This document shows, piece after piece, positions 8,802-17,850 of a stretch of 64,000 nucleotides of DNA. Position numbers and translations under genes: made by a program. This stretch comes from a virus (Duplodnaviria > Caudoviricetes), in the IMG/VR virus record IMGVR_UViG_3300005326_000040, positions 192,001 through 256,000 of that record; one strand, written 5' to 3'. The notes under the pieces were generated by a model, which was not told where the DNA came from, searched no databases, and saw only the letters and a program-made list of their open reading frames with translations. Position 1 is the stretch's first letter, and each line of letters begins with the position of its first letter.

Positions 8802-9335
8802 ATGGATACTAAAAACGATGGCATTGGGGTTTATGTAAATCTTTTGCAGGAAAACGGAAGCCATCAATTGGCATTGAAGTTTTTGAATTCAGGCGTTGAG
8901 GGAACGATTCCGTTGAGCCCGTCACAATATAAACATATCCTTGGTTTAATTAATAATGATTTTGTGACATCTGTTCGGTCCCCATCCTCTCTTGCACCAG
9001 CGGAAGATGACAGTTCGTTGGTTTCTGGTCTGCGTTATATGATTCCTTTTGAGGATTTGAATGGGGTATATGAGAGTGCTGATCGAAACTCTCGTATAAT
9101 TATGGTTCATGTAGATCCATTAAAAGAAGAGATGCTTTTCTATAGAGTTTCTCCTAAGCCTAACAATAAAGTTGTTTCATTTTCTGCTCCGATGGGATGG
9201 ATGAAAACTCTTCCGAAAGCCGACTTGGGAAAGGTTCAGATTGTAAACCAAGGAAAAGCTATAAGGTTCGGGGATTTGGACATAGCTAGCACAGATTTGA
9301 TTAGCTGGTTCGGGCATAACTATAAGGATGTGTAA
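8802..9335 (+). CDS. hypothetical protein
   Basis: 177-aa ORF. Confidence 0.65.
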   Translation: MDTKNDGIGVYVNLLQENGSHQLALKFLNSGVEGTIPLSPSQYKHILGLINNDFVTSVRSPSSLAPAEDDSSLVSGLRYMIPFEDLNGVYESADRNSRIIMVHVDPLKEEMLFYRVSPKPNNKVVSFSAPMGWMKTLPKADLGKVQIVNQGKAIRFGDLDIASTDLISWFGHNYKDV

Positions 9336-9516
9336 CGTGAAGGTAAAAGAACTCATCAAGGAACTTCAAAAGCAAAATCAGGAACTGGAAGTTCTTACTG
9401 GCGATAATGAGCGCTGGTTCTATAACACTTCAAGGGTAAAGACGGCAAAACTGTATGAAGGAAGAGAAGATGATGAATCTAAAGATGCTGAGCTTTGCGT
9501 TGTAATTTGCTCGTAA
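9328..9516 (+). CDS. small hypothetical protein
   Basis: MKVKELIKELQK-type small phage protein. Confidence 0.6.
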   Translation: MCNVKVKELIKELQKQNQELEVLTGDNERWFYNTSRVKTAKLYEGREDDESKDAELCVVICS

Positions 9517-9547
9517 GTTGTTTAGCAATACTTAAGCATTTCTGTGA

Positions 9548-10213
9548 ATGTCCCACGATGAGAATCCATTAGCTTTTTACTTACTTAAGTATGCCGATTA
9601 CGCATACTGGAAAAAGTGGTATGCGGCTAATAAAGAAAAGTTCAACGCCACTGTAAATAAACACAAGCAGAATCGGCGTAAAGAATTCCAAAAGCTAATT
9701 GATGAGAAGAAAGATATTCCCTGTCTTCATTGTGGGAAATCGTTTCCTCCGGCTGCCATGGATTTAGTCCATAGGGATGGAGAAGAAAAGAAATTCAGTC
9801 TTTCAAATGCAACACGATTGATTTATTCTCTTGATAAACTGCAAGAAGAACTAAACAAATGTGATGTATATTGTGCTAATTGTGTAAAAACTTTGAAGAC
9901 TGAACAGTTCCTAGAAGATTCTTCCGACACTTCTACTCGGGAACGTCGCCGCAAGAAGCTGAAAGGCATCGTTGATTCCATAAAAGATACGGTTTGCTCG
10001 GAGTGTGGTGAAAAATTTCCACCATACGTTATGGAATTAGACCATGTGGACCCATCCAAAAAAACCGATTCCATTTCAAAAATGATTACGAAAGAAAAGC
10101 CTCTTGAAAAGATTTTAGACGAGCTTGGGCAGACGAGGGTTATATGTACAAACTGTCATCGGATACATACATATAATCAACGTCACCCAGCGGAGCTAGA
10201 AGAAGAGGAATGA
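9548..10213 (+). CDS. HNH endonuclease-like protein with two tandem Zn-HNH domains
   Basis: CxxC...H...CANC and CSEC...LDHVD...CTNCH. Confidence 0.8.
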   Translation: MSHDENPLAFYLLKYADYAYWKKWYAANKEKFNATVNKHKQNRRKEFQKLIDEKKDIPCLHCGKSFPPAAMDLVHRDGEEKKFSLSNATRLIYSLDKLQEELNKCDVYCANCVKTLKTEQFLEDSSDTSTRERRRKKLKGIVDSIKDTVCSECGEKFPPYVMELDHVDPSKKTDSISKMITKEKPLEKILDELGQTRVICTNCHRIHTYNQRHPAELEEEE

Positions 10214-10716
10214 AAGATCATATCGCCTACCTAAAATACGTTCTTCGTCACAAATATTACGTTCTTCAAGGCTGCTTTATGGTGCAAGCATCTTTGTGGC
10301 TTGCGCTAATTCACGATTGGTCTAAATTTTTACCATCTGAATGGTTCCCTTATGTAAGGGCGTTCTACAATAAAGACGGTTCCAGTAAGTATGAAGAGAC
10401 GGACGAATTCAATTACGCCTGGAAATATCATCAGAATCGGCAAAAACACCACCATCAATATTGGCTTTTGAAGATGGATGATGGTAGAGTTGTCCCTCTC
10501 AAAATGCCTGAAAAATATGTTAGAGAGATGTTGGGCGATTGGATTGGGGCAGGATTAGTCATCACAGGAAAACTAGAAGTATGGGATTGGTACGAAAAGA
10601 ATAAAGAAAACATGATCCTCCATGAGGATACGAGAAAACTTGTGGAAGATATTCTTGGCAAATTAAAAGCTCAATACGAAAAAATACTGGAAGAAATACG
10701 AAATGAAGTTCTGTAA
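10210..10716 (+). CDS. DUF5662-like (HD-type) protein
   Basis: RHKYYV, IHDWSK, HQNRQKHHHQYW, EMLGDW. Confidence 0.75.
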   Translation: MKDHIAYLKYVLRHKYYVLQGCFMVQASLWLALIHDWSKFLPSEWFPYVRAFYNKDGSSKYEETDEFNYAWKYHQNRQKHHHQYWLLKMDDGRVVPLKMPEKYVREMLGDWIGAGLVITGKLEVWDWYEKNKENMILHEDTRKLVEDILGKLKAQYEKILEEIRNEVL

Positions 10717-11170
10717 ACCTTCTGATGAACTTAATAAAGCTTTTCTAGACTATATTGCGTACGAAAAAGACCTTATCAAAATGTTGGGTGAGGAATGGGA
10801 TATTGCGGAATCTCTTGTTTTAACAAACGCAGATGCTGTTTTTACTTTGCAAGAACAGCCTGGAGGAAATGATAATCCACTGTATATGAGTTTGGAGTTT
10901 GGTTTGGATGATATTTTGAGCGGTTTTGATAACCTAATTGAATCCAAGAGTCGAAGAAGTAGTTCTCTTCCTAAGAATTTGGGATTGTACTATTTTGTAT
11001 ATGGTCGGGTTGTAATGATTTATGCTGTGGATACTAATATGGAAGGTACGAAGTACATCACTGATTCGCTCGCGTCTTTCAAGTTGAAGACGGCGGATTA
11101 TTTCTCAGAGAAGATGTTGAATCGATATCGGCTAGGGGAAATTGTAGCAGTGGAGAGGGCCGATGCTTGA
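10703..11170 (+). CDS. hypothetical protein
   Basis: 155-aa ORF in overlapping gene run. Confidence 0.65.
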   Translation: MKFCKPSDELNKAFLDYIAYEKDLIKMLGEEWDIAESLVLTNADAVFTLQEQPGGNDNPLYMSLEFGLDDILSGFDNLIESKSRRSSSLPKNLGLYYFVYGRVVMIYAVDTNMEGTKYITDSLASFKLKTADYFSEKMLNRYRLGEIVAVERADA

Positions 11171-11366
11171 AGCGATCAAATGTGATTGTAAAGGTTGTGC
11201 AGAAAAGCCTACGTTAGTATGTGCTTGTCGTAGATGCGGTGGCGTGCTTGATGACGATGATGAGAAGTTTCATTGCTGTGATAAACACACGGAAGAAGCT
11301 GGCGATAATCATTATCGGGTAAGAGGCAGACTTGCTGTGTGGGTAAGTTATGGGCAAACAGACTAA
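11163..11366 (+). CDS. small Cys-rich protein
   Basis: CDCKGC, CACRRC and HCCDKH; GGAGAGG RBS. Confidence 0.6.
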   Translation: MLEAIKCDCKGCAEKPTLVCACRRCGGVLDDDDEKFHCCDKHTEEAGDNHYRVRGRLAVWVSYGQTD

Positions 11367-11703
11367 GGCTAGTATTTTAAAAATTCCTTTGGGGTCTACA
11401 TTATACGGAAAGAATGGAGCTAGATGGGCGGCAGAGTTTCTTAATAATCAATTGCATGATGATGACAAACGATTTAATCGCGCCGTATTTGTTACGGGGC
11501 GAGGCTTTTCAACTTTTGCCGAAAATGCTTTTGCGGAATTTTTTGAAATATATGTTGATAGAGAAAAGACAGAAGTTGGAAGTTATCTTATTGTATTTGT
11601 GAGAGATCAATCTCCTATGGTTTTTGATCTTGAACATGACGGTATCCGTGTGATTCAATACCAAAGACCTGTTCCAATAGGAACAATATCATGGGAAAGG
11701 TAA
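11350..11703 (+). CDS. hypothetical protein
   Basis: 117-aa ORF. Confidence 0.6.
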   Translation: MGKQTKASILKIPLGSTLYGKNGARWAAEFLNNQLHDDDKRFNRAVFVTGRGFSTFAENAFAEFFEIYVDREKTEVGSYLIVFVRDQSPMVFDLEHDGIRVIQYQRPVPIGTISWER

Positions 11704-11707
11704 AGCT

Positions 11708-11986
11708 ATGACTAAAAATAAAGCCGACCCAGAATATGTTTGGGGAGCAATTGTTAATCTAGGTGGAGGTTTACATTCCTCTAAACCAATGCGGTTTACA
11801 AAACGTGATTTTGGTGGTTGGTGGCGCGGCAACGATGTTATTTATAAGCTTGGTTTTCATCATGACAGAGATGGCTTTGCTTCGTTTGCTTCCACAGACA
11901 AACGAGAAGTAGAACTGTTTTGTCTTGGCGCTTCAACGGTGTGTAAGTTTCTTTCTAATTGGACTAGGCAAGGAGCAAAAGATTGA
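11708..11986 (+). CDS. hypothetical protein
   Basis: 92-aa ORF. Confidence 0.6.
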   Translation: MTKNKADPEYVWGAIVNLGGGLHSSKPMRFTKRDFGGWWRGNDVIYKLGFHHDRDGFASFASTDKREVELFCLGASTVCKFLSNWTRQGAKD

Positions 11987-11989
11987 TTA

Positions 11990-12454
11990 ATGGATACTAC
12001 AGCTATTTATCCCAATCGGGTTGATGATAAACTTCAAGTAGAGAATAAAATTGGAATCCCTGAGTTTGGAAACGATTCTATTGATCTTTACGTTCCTGGC
12101 GGCCCTTTATTCTCTAAAGGCTATGTAAGGGTCGTGTATGGTGATCACGGCCCTTACATTGAATTTGAGGAAAAGCATATTCTTATTCCTATGAAGTCTA
12201 AGTTCAATAACTTTGTTGATACTGAAAACCTTCCGCCTTTGGATTATAAATGGTATTATTTCTGGTTATGCCCGCGAGCGTACCCAGACATTAAGGTTTA
12301 CCTTCAAATCAAGCCTGTTACAAGTATTCCAAATGCTCCTAAAAGAGCAGATGGAAAGCCATCTTGTTTTAATCGGGCAGAAGGATATGCTGATTACCGG
12401 AGAGGTTGTTTCTATGTGGACCCCTTTCAGTTAGAATATCGTGGCTCTAGGTAA
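11990..12454 (+). CDS. hypothetical phage protein
   Basis: 154 aa; VVYGDHGPYIEF...YADYRRG motif. Confidence 0.7.
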   Translation: MDTTAIYPNRVDDKLQVENKIGIPEFGNDSIDLYVPGGPLFSKGYVRVVYGDHGPYIEFEEKHILIPMKSKFNNFVDTENLPPLDYKWYYFWLCPRAYPDIKVYLQIKPVTSIPNAPKRADGKPSCFNRAEGYADYRRGCFYVDPFQLEYRGSR

Positions 12455-12471
12455 TTTTTGATATATTCTCC

Positions 12472-13140
12472 ATGGACGACGAGATTCTGAAAAATTATAC
12501 ACTTGCGGCGCAACGATTAAGTAAGATTCAAAAGAAGGCTGATACAACTGATGTGGTTGATGCTATTACTCCTTTTTTAACTTTTGTGCCCACGCTCGGT
12601 TTATCTTATTTGTTTCAAGCAATAGGCGGAGCGTATGATAAGTTCGTAGGTAAACGAGCGAATTTTGTTGCGTCCGTAAAGGATTGTCTAAATCAACTTA
12701 GAAGTACCGTTACAACAGATGAAGAATTTGTTGTTTGGAACAACTATGTTAATCCGATTATCCGTGATATCTCTACCAATCTCGCCATCCTTACTCGCTT
12801 GAATATTTCGAATGTTAAAGATGCGCAAGTTTTGAATGTTCAAAAAGCAAAAGTTACCGACGCAATCAAAGCAATAGATAGAATTCGTGCCCAACTAAGT
12901 GTTGTAGCAAGTGATGATTTTCAGCATAGAGCCAGAACTGTAGGAGAAGGTTTGAGTGATACGGCGTTACGTTATCTAACCTTCAGAGGAAGTTCGGTTC
13001 AACGAGCCAAGGGTGCGGCTGAAAAAGCACTTGGGCAGACAGCTGAAACAGTTGATGGTCTTCAAGCTCTCAACAAGCAAATTATCGAAGCTGAAAGTAA
13101 GGTAGCAGCAGCAAAGGCTGACCCAAATTCTCAAGGCTAG
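12472..13140 (+). CDS. hypothetical helical protein, possibly virion-associated
   Basis: 222 aa; TGATATATT upstream; KKAD motif near the N-terminus. Confidence 0.65.
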   Translation: MDDEILKNYTLAAQRLSKIQKKADTTDVVDAITPFLTFVPTLGLSYLFQAIGGAYDKFVGKRANFVASVKDCLNQLRSTVTTDEEFVVWNNYVNPIIRDISTNLAILTRLNISNVKDAQVLNVQKAKVTDAIKAIDRIRAQLSVVASDDFQHRARTVGEGLSDTALRYLTFRGSSVQRAKGAAEKALGQTAETVDGLQALNKQIIEAESKVAAAKADPNSQG

Positions 13141-13154
13141 ATATATAGTTTTGT

Positions 13155-13343
13155 ATGAGATTTTGGTTCTTTTTATTTTTCCTTCTATTTTCTTGTAATG
13201 TCAGATTAGCTCCCGTTTCTCCTCCATCTCCTTGCTCTTTACATTGTGGCTCACAATATAATCGTGAATGCTCAACCGCATATGACGCGATGTGCAATCC
13301 TATTTATCTTGAGTCGAAATGTGTTTCGGTTAAAAAGCCTTGA
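13155..13343 (+). CDS. small secreted Cys-rich protein
   Basis: Hydrophobic signal MRFWFFLFFLLFSC followed by five more Cys. Confidence 0.55.
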   Translation: MRFWFFLFFLLFSCNVRLAPVSPPSPCSLHCGSQYNRECSTAYDAMCNPIYLESKCVSVKKP

Positions 13344-13344
13344 T

Positions 13345-13372
13345 TTGACAATCGATTTTTGTCGTGTATAGT
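13345..13372 (+). promoter_or_regulatory. sigma70-type promoter
   Basis: TTGACA (13345-50), 16-nt spacer, TATAGT (13367-72). Confidence 0.75.
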
Positions 13373-13384
13373 GGAGCAAAGAAG

Positions 13385-13666
13385 ATGAAATGTCCTAATT
13401 GTAATGAACAATTGGTTGCTTGGTGCTGGCTTGATGACGGCACCTATAAAGGTGTGTTATGCACCAATTGTAATGGCAGGTGGCATTCAGCGAAGTTCTC
13501 ACAGGAGATTCAATCTCGCGTAGCGGCTGCAATACGTGATATTGAAAAAGAAATGTTTGCAGAATGTTCCTTTCCTAAAGATGCGATTACACAAGAACAA
13601 TTCGAGCAGTTATGTCATGATGAAGAAGCGTATTGTAAGTATTTTGGGTTTAATGAAAACGGATAA
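13385..13666 (+). CDS. Zn-ribbon protein
   Basis: CPNC...CTNC; ATG 13385 after GGAG. Confidence 0.65.
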   Translation: MKCPNCNEQLVAWCWLDDGTYKGVLCTNCNGRWHSAKFSQEIQSRVAAAIRDIEKEMFAECSFPKDAITQEQFEQLCHDEEAYCKYFGFNENG

Positions 13667-13716
13667 TTAAACTAATAATACTTGTGTATCTATTCAATTT
13701 GGGCCTAAGGAGCTAA

Positions 13717-13881
13717 ATGAAAAAAGATTATCTTATCATCAAATACGAATGCAATAAATGCGGACAGGAAACTGATTTCAAAATAGACAACCGGTTCATG
13801 AATTGTACTGGTTGTTCATACATGTTCGATATTTACAATTGGGAAGATAACGAGCCAAAACGTTCCGAGCAAAAAAAGTAG
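13717..13881 (+). CDS. small Zn-ribbon protein (54 aa)
   Basis: AAGGAG RBS; CNKC...CTGC. Confidence 0.6.
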   Translation: MKKDYLIIKYECNKCGQETDFKIDNRFMNCTGCSYMFDIYNWEDNEPKRSEQKK

Positions 13882-13942
13882 CAATTTAGCTTGCTTACAT
13901 AATTTACACTTTTTCTTTCTAGTACTTTTTTGGTGTAACGGT

Positions 13943-14551
13943 ATGCGGGCAAATGGAAAAAAAATACATATAGGCGAAGCAGTTCGAATTATTCAAGACC
14001 TTCGATATCCAAGCACTGCTACTGGACAAGATGCAATTTATGTTGGAAGATGCTTTATTCATAATGGTAATCGTTATTTAGGGCCTAGAAATCTTCCAAA
14101 TGTAAAGGCTAAGTTTATCCTTGGAGACAAAGGTTATATATGGGAGCACGAGTGTTATTGGGTCTCTCTTCGCGACGCTATGCTGATTGAAGCTAATCTT
14201 GCAAAAGCTACTGAAGGATGTGAATTGGAGATTCAACGCCGATTAGAAGAAGAGCTACAAAAGATGTTGGCCGAACCTAAAGTTGAAATCAGCGGCATTA
14301 TTGACAGCGTTCGTTCTTTTGGTAAGATAGTGTTTGTGAAGCTGGGTGACGGTTGGACTATCGTCTGTAAAGAAAGCGTTCTTGGCCCAGAATTCATGAG
14401 AAAATTAAAGGGAAGATTCCAACCGGGCGTTGCTATAGCAGCAAGTGGCCCGCTTATTGAATCGAATTCTTCAGATAAAATCATTTGTGCTGTAAGCCTT
14501 TGTGGCCTCGATACCGAAGGAGCGCAGGAAAATGAGGATCGGAACATTTAG
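13943..14551 (+). CDS. protein with a C-terminal OB-fold resembling class IIb aaRS anticodon-binding domains
   Basis: VEISGIIDSVRSFGKIVFVKLGDG...FQPGVAIAASG. Confidence 0.55.
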   Translation: MRANGKKIHIGEAVRIIQDLRYPSTATGQDAIYVGRCFIHNGNRYLGPRNLPNVKAKFILGDKGYIWEHECYWVSLRDAMLIEANLAKATEGCELEIQRRLEEELQKMLAEPKVEISGIIDSVRSFGKIVFVKLGDGWTIVCKESVLGPEFMRKLKGRFQPGVAIAASGPLIESNSSDKIICAVSLCGLDTEGAQENEDRNI

Positions 14552-14780
14552 TTCTCTGAGCAATCCCAAAAAACGTTATTCGATTTTCCGCGATGGAAGA
14601 AAAATTGCTAATGGCGGAGAAGGCATCAATTGGCGATGCAGCTGCGAACAAGGCGCTGAATGTAGCCATCTCAAATGCCTTTGGGCTTTTGCGAGAGTTG
14701 ATAAGTTGCAGTGTCTATTAGACGCTAATTTGTTGACGCTTACCCGTTCTGGGAAAAGTTTTTTCAAAGTAAAAGTGTAA
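14532..14780 (+). CDS. SWIM Zn-finger protein
   Basis: WRCSC...ECSHL (CxCx(n)CxH). Confidence 0.65.
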   Translation: MRIGTFSSLSNPKKRYSIFRDGRKIANGGEGINWRCSCEQGAECSHLKCLWAFARVDKLQCLLDANLLTLTRSGKSFFKVKV

Positions 14781-14789
14781 GGACATGTT

Positions 14790-15086
14790 ATGCCTAAAGG
14801 TATCCGTTGTAAACATAGTTGGGAGCGGATTGGTTTTATTGGGGATCCACTAGTATCTGGTTATTACTGTTGTGAAGTTCAAGAACGCTGTACGTTATGT
14901 AATACAAGACGTTCTCGAACCTCAACTGAAGCAGAACATCAGGCTGAATTCAATTCAAGAATTTGCTCTAAGTGTAAGTTGCCAAAAGCCGATCATATTT
15001 GTGATGATTGTGTGTCTGCCTTGATCAAGAAAATTAATGAACTTGATGAACGGCTTTCAGATTTGGAAAGGTGGAAAAATGGCTAA
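14790..15086 (+). CDS. Cys-rich hypothetical protein
   Basis: RCKHSW, CTLC, CSKC, HICDDC. Confidence 0.6.
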   Translation: MPKGIRCKHSWERIGFIGDPLVSGYYCCEVQERCTLCNTRRSRTSTEAEHQAEFNSRICSKCKLPKADHICDDCVSALIKKINELDERLSDLERWKNG

Positions 15087-15264
15087 GGATGATTCAAAAC
15101 CATATATAGATGTAACCTCTATTATCTGGAATGGTTTTGAGCATGCCACCGATGATGAGCTTTATGAAATGCTCAAAACCGGTCTAATTTATCGGCCATA
15201 TACGCCGCTTCAAGTTTCTTGCATAACACCAAACAAAGCGTCAAAAGACAATGAAAAACATTAG
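15079..15264 (+). CDS. small hypothetical protein
   Basis: ATG 15079 after AGGTGG. Confidence 0.5.
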   Translation: MAKDDSKPYIDVTSIIWNGFEHATDDELYEMLKTGLIYRPYTPLQVSCITPNKASKDNEKH

Positions 15265-15484
15265 TTTCAAGTTGTTATGTGTTGCGGTGCTTTTTGTTTT
15301 AGGTTGTGGCTCTTCTTCTGAGGAGCTTGAGCCAGAGTGTGGTGATGCAGGAGAAGTCGTTTCTTGTGAGTGTACGGTAGGTGTGTCAGGGTATAAGAGA
15401 TGTTTTGTGGACCGATGGACTCCCTGCTCTTGCTGGGATGAAGACGCTTCACCTAGTACCAAATGGGAACCTTGTGGGCAATAG
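15251..15484 (+). CDS. Cys-rich lipoprotein
   Basis: Signal peptide with lipobox VLGC; CGDAGEVVSCECTVGVSGYKRC...WTPCSC. Confidence 0.7.
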   Translation: MKNISFKLLCVAVLFVLGCGSSSEELEPECGDAGEVVSCECTVGVSGYKRCFVDRWTPCSCWDEDASPSTKWEPCGQ

Positions 15485-15500
15485 AGCTTGAGGTAAAATA

Positions 15501-15875
15501 ATGGCAAAACAAAATGTGAAGCTTATTCTTACTGCTGAAGAAGAGCAATTGATTTTGAAGAAGCGTGAAGAGGAGAAAAATCAAAAGCGTGAAGATGAGG
15601 AAAGTCAAAAACCAAAGAAGACAGGAGTTCTAAAGCACGATCTTTATGATTTTAGCCCAGTGCGAATATATGAGCGGCTTTTTTCCGATCAGGAACGAAA
15701 AGCAGCTATTGAAAATTTTGAAGACCGTTTTACTTTAGTAGCAAAAGCCGGAGCTATATTTGATTGTTATATTGATAACGGTGTTGAAGGATGGTATGAT
15801 AGAGAATATGGTTTAGAAGATTTGAGTGAAAAATGGGCAAAAGAGAATTTGACAAACATTAAACGATGTGATTAG
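15501..15875 (+). CDS. hypothetical protein
   Basis: 124 aa, GAGG RBS. Confidence 0.65.
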   Translation: MAKQNVKLILTAEEEQLILKKREEEKNQKREDEESQKPKKTGVLKHDLYDFSPVRIYERLFSDQERKAAIENFEDRFTLVAKAGAIFDCYIDNGVEGWYDREYGLEDLSEKWAKENLTNIKRCD

Positions 15876-15975
15876 AAGTTGTAATTGGAACTATTCGTTT
15901 AGTTATCATAGCGCCCGTCAATTCAGTTCGCAAGAAAAAGCATAGTATTTTGAAGCGCCGCTATATAGAAGCGGC

Positions 15976-16380
15976 ATGTCAGATTGCCTCTTTCTTCCAG
16001 AAGAAAAAACCAAGGTTTGTACAATTTGTCTGGTAAGCAAGTCTTTATCACATTTTGCTCCAAACAGAGGAAGATGTGATGAGTGCGAAGATAAACATAA
16101 AAACTATTTGCGGCAATATGTCAGAGGTCTAAAATCAAAACCGTGTGCAGATTGTGGTGAGAAGTTCCCATATTATGTAATGGATTTTGACCATTTAGAT
16201 GAGCAGACAAAACGTTCTAACATATCAAAATTGATGAATGAGAGATGTACCCTTCAGTTTTTGAAGGACGAGCTTGCGAAGTGCGAGCTTGTATGCGCCA
16301 ATTGCCACAGAAAGCGTACTTTTCAGAGAAGAGACGCAACGAAGCCGTCAAACCCTCTCTGCCCGGTTAAAATAGGCTAA
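15976..16380 (+). CDS. HNH endonuclease-like protein
   Basis: CADC...DFDHLD...CANCH; N-terminal CTIC/CDEC Zn finger. Confidence 0.8.
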   Translation: MSDCLFLPEEKTKVCTICLVSKSLSHFAPNRGRCDECEDKHKNYLRQYVRGLKSKPCADCGEKFPYYVMDFDHLDEQTKRSNISKLMNERCTLQFLKDELAKCELVCANCHRKRTFQRRDATKPSNPLCPVKIG

Positions 16381-16709
16381 AAACCGTACTTTTCATCAGG
16401 CTGGATTTCCCCGTCATATGGGTGCTTTCCAAAGAGAGCTTGATATACTTCGCACATTTTCATCAAATAATGATGGCTTGTTTCAAGCTGAAGCTGTAAA
16501 GAGTGTAATAGACAGGCGTGATTAAGACTATCTGTCCTATTTTTGACTCTTTCTATTTCATCTGTTAGTTCCATAAGGTCTTTTCTAGCTTCTTCGATGT
16601 CTTCTAGAAAGCCTTTTTGCATTTCATGTTCTTCGTATGCCTTAACTTTTTGTGTTATGTAATCAATAAAGCTATTATGTGATGCTTCATCACCTGATTC
16701 GGAAGTCAT
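16377..16709 (-). CDS. hypothetical coiled-coil protein
   Basis: Probable ATG at 16709 after AAAGGTG (ORF extends to 16868). Confidence 0.55.
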   Translation of the reverse strand: MTSESGDEASHNSFIDYITQKVKAYEEHEMQKGFLEDIEEARKDLMELTDEIERVKNRTDSLNHACLLHSLQLQLETSHHYLMKMCEVYQALFGKHPYDGEIQPDEKYGF

Positions 16710-16811
16710 AACGTCACCTTTGAAAAAATTGTAATATTTCGGTGTATTTGCGTTGCTTTCATCTTTATGGTATACAATTAGCTGTAGCGGTTTTGAAAGG
16801 AAATTAGCCAA

Positions 16812-17114
16812 ATGTCTGATCAAGAAGAAAAAAAAGAATTGACTCCTCTGGAGTGGCTTGAAATTCAAATGCTAGAGCACCCTCAGCATACCAATATATA
16901 CCAGCCTGTGGTTGATAGGCTTCGTGCTCTGCGCGATGGGCAGCCATTGACGGTAGAAAACCCCCAATTTGGGGCGATGAAGCTTCGTATTGCTACAAGT
17001 GTGTGGTTGCCGTCAAACATGAGCTTGGGGGAATTCTTTGCTGAATTGAAACGAATTGAGAAACTGGTAAATGAAAATTCGAAAATTAAAACCCAATTTG
17101 AAATGGGAGAATAA
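16812..17114 (+). CDS. hypothetical protein
   Basis: 100 aa, AAGGA RBS. Confidence 0.65.
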   Translation: MSDQEEKKELTPLEWLEIQMLEHPQHTNIYQPVVDRLRALRDGQPLTVENPQFGAMKLRIATSVWLPSNMSLGEFFAELKRIEKLVNENSKIKTQFEMGE

Positions 17115-17124
17115 CTTGCCTCAT

Positions 17125-17152
17125 TTGACACGGATGAAACTTGGTGTATGAT
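17125..17152 (+). promoter_or_regulatory. sigma70-type promoter
   Basis: TTGACA (17125-30), 16-nt spacer, TATGAT (17147-52). Confidence 0.75.
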
Positions 17153-17228
17153 GGGTTCAGCAGTTGACGAACAAGCTGTGTTCTAGCTTGTCGATAACCT
17201 AATGAATCTTCACGGATTGGAGCTTTAG

Positions 17229-17765
17229 ATGGTAACTATTACTAAGACCGTACACTTTGTTCTGAATAATCAGAAAAATGACATTACGCTTACGGAGCTT
17301 AAGAAGAATTATTCGCGCCCGGACATCCTCAAGCTGTTCGAAACGCTTCAGGGGTTGGGATATGGCGAATTCCGTATGGGGAGTCGCGGACGTGGTCAGT
17401 GCAGCCGGTTTATCAAGAACGATTCTTGCCCGGTAGAATTCGATCTTGTTCTCACGGAGTCGCCGAATCGTGGTCGCCCTCGTAAGGTTCTGGACATTCC
17501 TGGTATCGAAGCCGAAAATACGCCTATTGTTGGGGGCAATGGGTTGCTTCCAGATAGCGATTCTTCCAAGGAGCAGCTGCAAGCGGCTTTGGACAGTATT
17601 GATGAAGCAGATAGTGAAGAGTCTGAAAACCTGGAACAGATGGTTTCTGATCTTTCTATCGTTTCCAACATTGCGGACGCTACGGCAACTTCTGTTGCGG
17701 TAGGCGATGACGAGCAGGATTCGGTTGACGACGACGAAGACGACGCAGATTGTCTTGAAGCATAG
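17229..17765 (+). CDS. putative DNA-binding protein with an AT-hook and an acidic tail
   Basis: NRGRPRK core; D/E-rich C-terminus. Confidence 0.7.
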   Translation: MVTITKTVHFVLNNQKNDITLTELKKNYSRPDILKLFETLQGLGYGEFRMGSRGRGQCSRFIKNDSCPVEFDLVLTESPNRGRPRKVLDIPGIEAENTPIVGGNGLLPDSDSSKEQLQAALDSIDEADSEESENLEQMVSDLSIVSNIADATATSVAVGDDEQDSVDDDEDDADCLEA

Positions 17766-17788
17766 TCCATCCAAGCTCTTTTAGCAGG

Positions 17789-17834
17789 GCAGAGAAGAAA
17801 TTTTTGATTTCTCAAGTCATTCTTCTCTGTCTTT
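17789..17834 (+). terminator. probable terminator hairpin
   Basis: GCAGAGAAGAA (17789-99) pairs with TTCTTCTCTGT (17820-30), then CTTT. Confidence 0.5.
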
Positions 17835-17850
17835 GCTATATAGAAGGTGC

